Position numbers and translations under genes: made by a program. Positions 26,341 through 32,000 of a stretch of DNA of 32,000 nucleotides are shown piece by piece. This DNA is from Cereibacter sphaeroides 2.4.1 (GTDB taxonomy: Bacteria > Pseudomonadota > Alphaproteobacteria > Rhodobacterales > Rhodobacteraceae). How positions within the stretch are numbered: position 1 is the stretch's first letter; every line of letters starts with the position of its first letter. The DNA lies in the NCBI RefSeq assembly GCF_000012905.2, contig NC_007493.2:420001-452000 (forward strand), read 5' to 3'. The notes beneath the pieces are model-generated. The model had not been told where the DNA came from. It did no database searches and was given only the letters and a program-made list of their open reading frames with translations.

Positions 26341-27420
26341 ATGAACATCCTGACGCCCGTGGCCGAGCGCCTGCCGAGCCGTGAGGAAGCCGAAGAGGCA
26401 CTGGCCGTGCTCCGCCGCTGGGCGACGCATACGCCGGCCTCCGATGTGGCCGCGCTCGCGCCCGAGGCCCCGGCTCTGGTCTATCCCGACCTCAGCCGCG
26501 CCTATCCCCGCACCTTCACGGTGGACGAGGCCTACAAGGCCTCGCTGCCCGACCTGCAGAACGGGCCCGCCAGCCTGATCGTCGGCGCGAAGGCCGTGAT
26601 CCAGCATGTCGGCATCTCGAACTTCCGCCTGCCGATCCGCTATCACACGCGCGACAACGGCGATCTGCAGCTCGAAACCTCCGTCACCGGCACCGTGAGC
26701 CTCGAGGCCGAGAAGAAGGGCATCAACATGAGCCGCATCATGCGGTCCTTCTATGCCCATGCCGAGCAGGCCTTCAGCTTCGAGGTGATCGAGCGCGCGC
26801 TCGAGGATTACAAACGCGATCTCGAGAGTTTCGACGCCCGCATCCAGATGCGCTTCTCCTTCCCGGTGAAGGTGCCGTCGCTGCGCTCGGGCCTCACAGG
26901 CTGGCAGTATTACGACATCGCGCTCGAGCTGGTCGACCGCGGCGGGGTGCGCAAGGAGATCATGCATCTCGACTTCGTCTATTCCTCGACCTGCCCCTGC
27001 TCGCTGGAGCTGTCGGAACATGCCCGTCGCGAGCGCGGGCAGCTGGCCACGCCGCATTCGCAGCGGTCGGTCGCGCGGATCTCGGTCGAGGTGCGGCAGG
27101 GCAAGTGTCTCTGGTTCGAGGATCTTCTGGATCTCGTCCGCAGCGCGGTGCCGACCGAGACGCAGGTCATGGTCAAGCGCGAGGACGAGCAGGCCTTCGC
27201 CGAGCTGAATGCCGCGAACCCGATCTTCGTCGAGGATGCCGCGCGCAGCTTCTGTCAGGCGCTGCAGTCCGATCCGCGGATCGGCGACTTCCGCGTGGTG
27301 GCGAGCCATCAGGAATCGCTGCATTCCCACGATGCGGTCTCGGTTCTGACCGAGGGGCCGACGTTCGCTGCCGAAAGTCTCGATCCGAGGCTCTTTTCCA
27401 GCCTCTACCACGTCGGCTGA
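26341..27420 (+). CDS. folE2: GTP cyclohydrolase FolE2 (type IB)
   Basis: 359 aa from ATG 26341. KGINMSRI and STCPCS motifs typical of COG1469/FolE2. It has the long N-terminal extension seen in alphaproteobacterial versions (from memory). Confidence 0.88.
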   Translation: MNILTPVAERLPSREEAEEALAVLRRWATHTPASDVAALAPEAPALVYPDLSRAYPRTFTVDEAYKASLPDLQNGPASLIVGAKAVIQHVGISNFRLPIRYHTRDNGDLQLETSVTGTVSLEAEKKGINMSRIMRSFYAHAEQAFSFEVIERALEDYKRDLESFDARIQMRFSFPVKVPSLRSGLTGWQYYDIALELVDRGGVRKEIMHLDFVYSSTCPCSLELSEHARRERGQLATPHSQRSVARISVEVRQGKCLWFEDLLDLVRSAVPTETQVMVKREDEQAFAELNAANPIFVEDAARSFCQALQSDPRIGDFRVVASHQESLHSHDAVSVLTEGPTFAAESLDPRLFSSLYHVG

Positions 27421-27470
27421 ACCGGCGGGCTTGACAGCCGCAGACCGGCATCGCACGGCTGGCGACGATC

Positions 27471-28919
27471 ATGCTGGACCTGCGCCCCGTCGGATTCATC
27501 ATCGGCCTGCTCGTGGTCGCCTTGGGCGCCGCCATGCTGCTTCCGGCATCGGTCGATCTGCTGCTTGGAGACGGCAACGGGCCGGCGATCCTTCAAGCCG
27601 CGATGCTGACCATGTTCACCGGCGGGGCGGTGGCGCTGGCCTGCGCCAATGCCCCCACGAAGCAGCTCGGCATCCGGCAGGCCTTCGTGCTGACCGCGGC
27701 GATCTGGTTCGCGCTGCCGGCCTTCGGCAGCCTGCCGTTGATTCTGGGCGAGCCCGACCTGACCTTCACCGACGCGATGTTCGAGGCGGTCTCCGGCATC
27801 ACCACGACCGGCTCGACCGTGATCGTCGGGCTCGACCATCTGCCCGCGGGCACGAATCTCTGGCGGGGGATGCTGAACTGGCTCGGCGGTCTGGGGATCG
27901 CCTTCATCGCCATGATCTTCCTGCCGGTCATGCGGGTGGGGGGGATGCAGTTCTTCCGCACCGAGGGGTTCGACACGCTGGGCAAGGTGCTGCCGCGCGC
28001 CACCGACATCGCCCGCGCGCTGCTCGGCGTCTATACCGGGCTCACCGCGCTCTGCATCGCCACCTACCTGCTGATCGGGATGGAGCCGCTCGACGCGGTG
28101 GTGAACGGGGTGGCCACCATCGCCACCGGGGGCTTCTCGCCCTCGGACGCCTCGTTCGGGAAATATCCCGGCGCGGGCGAATATGCGGGCACCGTCTTCA
28201 TGATCCTCGGGGCCATGCCCTACATCCGCTTCGTCCAGCTCGTGAGCGGTGCGCCGCAGGCCTTCTTCGGCGACAGCCAGATCCGCGCCATGCTGCGCTG
28301 GATGGTCTACGGGGTGGGCATCGTGACGCTCTGGCGGGTGCTGACCTCGGATCAGGGGCTCGAGCCCGCCTTCCGCGAGGCGTCCTTCAACCTCGTCTCG
28401 GTCTTCACGGGCACCGGCTTCTTCTCGGGCAGTTTCGCCAACTGGGGCGGCTTCGGGATGGTGGTCGCCTTCTGCGTCGGCATGATCGGCGGCTGCTCCT
28501 CCTCGAGCTCGGGCGCGCTCAGCGTCTTCCGGGTGCAGGTGGTGCTGACGGCGATCCGCGTGCAGATCGAGCGGATCGGCATGCCCGACCGCATGGCCTC
28601 GGTCCGCTACGAGGGCCGGCGCGTCGAGGACGACGTGATGAACGCGCTGATCCTCTATGTGACGGGCTATATTCTCGCCATCGGCACGCTGAGCGTGGCG
28701 CTGACCCTGACGGGCGTCGATCCGACCTCCGCCCTGTTCGGCGTCTGGACCTCGATCGGCAATATCGGCTACGGATACGGCCCGCTCGTCGCACGCACGG
28801 GCACCTTCATAGACTTCCCGGAGCTGGCGAAATGGGTGCTCATCCTGGCAATGCTGATGGGGCGGCTCGCCCTTCTGGCGCTCGTGGTGCTGGTGCTGCC
28901 GCGCTTCTGGCGGCAGTGA
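27471..28919 (+). CDS. trkH: TrkH family potassium uptake protein (copy 1)
   Basis: 482 aa polytopic membrane protein with repeated M1-P-M2 units, e.g. FEAVSGITTTGSTV and IATGGFS. Confidence 0.93.
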   Translation: MLDLRPVGFIIGLLVVALGAAMLLPASVDLLLGDGNGPAILQAAMLTMFTGGAVALACANAPTKQLGIRQAFVLTAAIWFALPAFGSLPLILGEPDLTFTDAMFEAVSGITTTGSTVIVGLDHLPAGTNLWRGMLNWLGGLGIAFIAMIFLPVMRVGGMQFFRTEGFDTLGKVLPRATDIARALLGVYTGLTALCIATYLLIGMEPLDAVVNGVATIATGGFSPSDASFGKYPGAGEYAGTVFMILGAMPYIRFVQLVSGAPQAFFGDSQIRAMLRWMVYGVGIVTLWRVLTSDQGLEPAFREASFNLVSVFTGTGFFSGSFANWGGFGMVVAFCVGMIGGCSSSSSGALSVFRVQVVLTAIRVQIERIGMPDRMASVRYEGRRVEDDVMNALILYVTGYILAIGTLSVALTLTGVDPTSALFGVWTSIGNIGYGYGPLVARTGTFIDFPELAKWVLILAMLMGRLALLALVVLVLPRFWRQ

Positions 28920-28961
28920 GGCCCGCTTGACAGCCCGGCCGCCCCCCGCCAAGCCTCGCGC

Positions 28962-30416
28962 ATGATCGACCCTCGCCCCGTCGGATATATCCTCGGTCTG
29001 CTCGTGGCCACGCTGGGCGCGCTGATGCTGGTGCCGATGGCGCTCGATCTGGCCGCGGGCGACCGGCACTGGCTCTCCTTCGCCGAGACCGCGACCATCA
29101 CCACCGTCGCGGGCTCGATGCTCGCGCTCGCCTGCGCGAACGGGCGCGGGCAGGGCACGGGGCTCTCGCTGCAGCAGAGCTTCCTGCTCACCACCGGGGC
29201 CTGGGTCCTGCTGCCGGTGTTCGGCGCGCTGCCCTTCATGATGGGGCGGCCGGACGCCAGCTTCACCGATGCGGTGTTCGAGGCCATGTCCGGCTTCACC
29301 ACCACCGGCACCACCGTCTTCGTGGGGCTCGATGCGCTGCCGCTCGGCACGAACCTCTGGCGCGGGATGCTGCAATGGCTGGGCGGCCTCGGGATCGTCA
29401 TCGTGGCCATGATCTTCCTGCCGGTGATGAAGGTGGGCGGGATGCAGTTCTTCCGCTCCGAGGGGTTCGACACGCTAGGCAAGATCCTGCCCCGCGCGCT
29501 CGACATCTCGACGGCGCTCATCCAGATCTACCTCGTGCTGACCATGGCCTGCGTGATGACCTTCCTCGCGCTCGGCATTCCGCTGTTCGAGGCCGTCGTC
29601 CATGCGCTGACCACCGTCTCGACCGGCGGCTTCTCCAGCTCGGACCGGTCGTTCGGCCTGTTCCAGGGGCCCGCCGAATATGCCTGCGCCTTCTTCATGG
29701 TGCTGGCCTCGCTGCCCTTCGTGCGCTTCGTCCAGCTGGCGCAGGGCACCTTCCTGCCGCTCTGGCGCGATCCGCAGGTGCGGGCCTACCTGCGCTGGAA
29801 CGGCTATGCGATTGGGCTGATCGTGGCCTACGAGGTGGTCACGCGCAATGCGCCGGTCCTGCCCACGCTGCGCGAGACGACCTTCAACGTCATCTCGACC
29901 TTTTCGGGCACCGGCTTTTCCAGCGTCGATCTCGGGCTCTGGGGCACCTTTCCCTTCGTCCTGCTGATCGTGGTGGGGCTGATCGGGGGCTGCACCTCCT
30001 CGACCGGCTGCTCGGTCAAGGTGTTCCGCTACCTGATCCTGCTCGAGGCGATCAAGGTGCAGATCCGTCGCCTGCAAAGCCCGAGCGCGGTGATCTTCGT
30101 GGATTACGAGGGCCGCCGCGTGGGCGAGGATGTCATCAACTCGGTGATCCTCTTCTTCACCATGTTCATCCTGAGCTTCGGCGTGCTCGCGGTGCTCCTG
30201 TCGCTGACCGGGCTTCAGACCAAGACGGCCATCACCGCCGCCTGGACCGCCATCGCGAACGTGGGCCCGGCCTTCGGGCCCGAGGTGAGCGCGACCGGGG
30301 CCGTCGACCGCTTCCCGGCGGTGGCCAAATGGCTGATGATCGGGGGCATGCTGGTCGGACGGCTGGAGCTTCTGTCGGTCTTCGTCCTCCTCACGCCCCG
30401 GTTCTGGCGCAGCTGA
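28962..30416 (+). CDS. trkH: TrkH family potassium uptake protein (copy 2, tandem paralogue)
   Basis: 484 aa, colinear with copy 1. Well over half the residues are identical by eye over the N-terminal approximately 250 aa. Confidence 0.93.
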   Translation: MIDPRPVGYILGLLVATLGALMLVPMALDLAAGDRHWLSFAETATITTVAGSMLALACANGRGQGTGLSLQQSFLLTTGAWVLLPVFGALPFMMGRPDASFTDAVFEAMSGFTTTGTTVFVGLDALPLGTNLWRGMLQWLGGLGIVIVAMIFLPVMKVGGMQFFRSEGFDTLGKILPRALDISTALIQIYLVLTMACVMTFLALGIPLFEAVVHALTTVSTGGFSSSDRSFGLFQGPAEYACAFFMVLASLPFVRFVQLAQGTFLPLWRDPQVRAYLRWNGYAIGLIVAYEVVTRNAPVLPTLRETTFNVISTFSGTGFSSVDLGLWGTFPFVLLIVVGLIGGCTSSTGCSVKVFRYLILLEAIKVQIRRLQSPSAVIFVDYEGRRVGEDVINSVILFFTMFILSFGVLAVLLSLTGLQTKTAITAAWTAIANVGPAFGPEVSATGAVDRFPAVAKWLMIGGMLVGRLELLSVFVLLTPRFWRS

Positions 30417-30485
30417 CGGGACGGCGCCCCGCGGACGGGGGAGGGGGCAGGGCCGCGCCCGGCCGCCCCGGGCGAGGCTCTTCGT

Positions 30486-32000
30486 TCAGTCCCAGCAGGA
30501 GACGAGGGCGGTCATGCCGTCGCCCAGCCGGACCAGATCCTCGGGGGCGAGGGCGCCGCTGCCCTCGGCGCGGCGCGGCTCGATGCCCGCCTCCGAAAGG
30601 CGCGCGGTGAGCGCGGCCGGGGCGAGGGCGAAGGAGACCTCGTCGGGCAGCCGCCGCTCGCCCGTCTCGGGCGCCACCAGCATCCCCAAGACCGCGCCCG
30701 ACCCGTCGAGCACCGGCCCGCCCGCGTCGCCCGGCCGCGACGCAAGGCGGAGACGGCGCAGGTCGGCCTCGCCCTCGAGCCCCGTCAGCGCATCGAGCGC
30801 CCCGAAGGTGAGCGTGGGCGCAGGCAGCGCCTCCCCGTAGGGATAGCCCGCCACCGCCACGGGCGAGCCGAGCCGCGCCTCGGTGCTGCGGAAGCTCGCG
30901 GTGACGCGGGGCGCCATCGGATGAACCGGCCGCAGGAGCGCCATGCCGAGGGCCGTGTCGGTCGCCACCACCTTGGCCTCGTGCTCGCGGTCGATGGTCA
31001 CGCGCCCGCAGCCCGCCACCGCCTCGGCCGTCGTGAGGACGGCGCCTTTCGGATCGACGAAGATCCCCGAGCGCGACTGGCGCGGCTTGCGCACCTCGAG
31101 CCCGGCCAGCATTCCCCGCCGCTGCTCTTCGGTCATCTCGACCATGCCCGGATCGAGCGCCCGGTCGCCGAAGGGGCGGAAGCTCGACTGCATTGCCGTC
31201 AGCACGCGCGCCATCCGCTCGTCGTCGCCCGGATGCCAGACCAGCATGTAGCCCTTGAGGAGACCGCCGGCGAGCTCGACATGGGTGTAGCTCGCCAGAT
31301 CGGCCGAGCGGCCCTCGATGGTGAAGCCGGTCTCCGTCCGGCTGCGGGTGCCTTCGGGCGGCACCACTTCCAGCGTCTGGAGGATGTCATAGAGGCCGTA
31401 GAGCGCGCCCCGGTCGCCCGGCTCCGAGATCAGCATGACCTGCACGCCCGATCCGTCCTTCGGCGCGTAATGGACGAAGGGCGGGTCGTAGCGGTCGAAG
31501 GCCACGAGGGCGATGGGCAGGGTGATGCGGATGCCGGCCTCGTCTTCGGTCACCGTCTCGAGCCCAAGTTCCGCCTGCGCCCGCCCGTAGCGGTCGAGAA
31601 GCTCGGCCCGCTGGCGCGCGGTCAGGATGCCGGTGGCCTCGGCGCCCTCGGCCGCCTGCCAGGCCGCCATCGAGGCGCGGGTGCCCGGGCCGAAGGCCCC
31701 GTCGATGGCCGCGCCGTAGAAGCCGAACCATTGCAGGGCGGCCTGCAGCTCCTGCCGCTCGGAGGCGATGAGAAGCGCCTCGGACCGCCGCGCCTCGGCG
31801 GGGGTCTCGTCCGGCAGGGGGGCGGGCGCGGCCTCAAGGGCCGGGGGCGCGTCCAATGGCTCGTCCTCGGGCAGCATCTCGGGGCCGGGCACCGCCAGAG
31901 CTTCCGCGTCGGGGGCCGGGGGCAGCTCGCCCGGGGCGAGGAAGGGCTCGCGGAAGGCGCGCCCGTCGGCGATGAAACTGTCCCGGGGGATCATGCCCGC
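30486..32000 (-). CDS. Peptidoglycan-binding domain protein with a C-terminal trypsin-fold (S1C-like) domain that appears catalytically dead; 5' end probably outside the window
   Basis: PG_binding_1-like LQAALQWFGFYGAAIDGAFGPGTRASMAAWQ. The C-terminal region aligns by eye to HtrA/Trypsin_2 motifs but reads TTAEAV, LGMALL and GDAGGP. The frame is open to the window edge. Confidence 0.8.
   Translation of the reverse strand, partial: AGMIPRDSFIADGRAFREPFLAPGELPPAPDAEALAVPGPEMLPEDEPLDAPPALEAAPAPLPDETPAEARRSEALLIASERQELQAALQWFGFYGAAIDGAFGPGTRASMAAWQAAEGAEATGILTARQRAELLDRYGRAQAELGLETVTEDEAGIRITLPIALVAFDRYDPPFVHYAPKDGSGVQVMLISEPGDRGALYGLYDILQTLEVVPPEGTRSRTETGFTIEGRSADLASYTHVELAGGLLKGYMLVWHPGDDERMARVLTAMQSSFRPFGDRALDPGMVEMTEEQRRGMLAGLEVRKPRQSRSGIFVDPKGAVLTTAEAVAGCGRVTIDREHEAKVVATDTALGMALLRPVHPMAPRVTASFRSTEARLGSPVAVAGYPYGEALPAPTLTFGALDALTGLEGEADLRRLRLASRPGDAGGPVLDGSGAVLGMLVAPETGERRLPDEVSFALAPAALTARLSEAGIEPRRAEGSGALAPEDLVRLGDGMTALVSCWD

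Overview
High-GC alphaproteobacterial chromosome segment that looks like Rhodobacteraceae. From memory, the CoxIII, CtaG and Surf1 proteins resemble Cereibacter/Rhodobacter sphaeroides; this needs BLAST confirmation. I call 28 complete protein genes and 2 edge fragments, almost all core housekeeping. In order they are: (ctaB end)-small TM orf-ctaG-ctaE-surf1-thrC-M16 peptidase-GNAT; MBL hydrolase-FAD oxidase; apt-mtnP (minus strand); flavin reductase; GNAT; EcsC-like; yciB-eamA-ftsY (minus strand); a small periplasmic protein; xseA; a small PG-binding-like protein; purD; a divergent pyruvate-kinase-like gene; lysC-ptsP; metZ; folE2; two tandem trkH paralogues; and a PG-binding trypsin-fold protein running off the right edge. 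I found no rRNA, tRNA, CRISPR, transposase, integrase, phage or recognisable defence genes. I do not see a convincing novel multi-gene system, and the window reads as an ordinary core region. Items worth a second look: (1) a roughly 75-nt structured intergenic repeat present twice (5738-5815 and 13905-13983); (2) a trypsin-fold protein whose catalytic-triad positions all appear substituted; (3) a truncated and extended pyruvate-kinase paralogue divergent from lysC-ptsP; (4) a SAM-II-like leader upstream of metZ; (5) a promoter with an operator-like inverted repeat upstream of folE2; (6) a strong internal SD and ATG in lysC, consistent with a nested beta subunit; (7) tandem trkH genes, each preceded by GCTTGACAGCC and lacking an SD; (8) an 82-nt nested palindrome between purD and the PK-like gene. 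The many long ORFs in the six-frame track that lie antisense to or out of frame with these genes are high-GC shadow ORFs.
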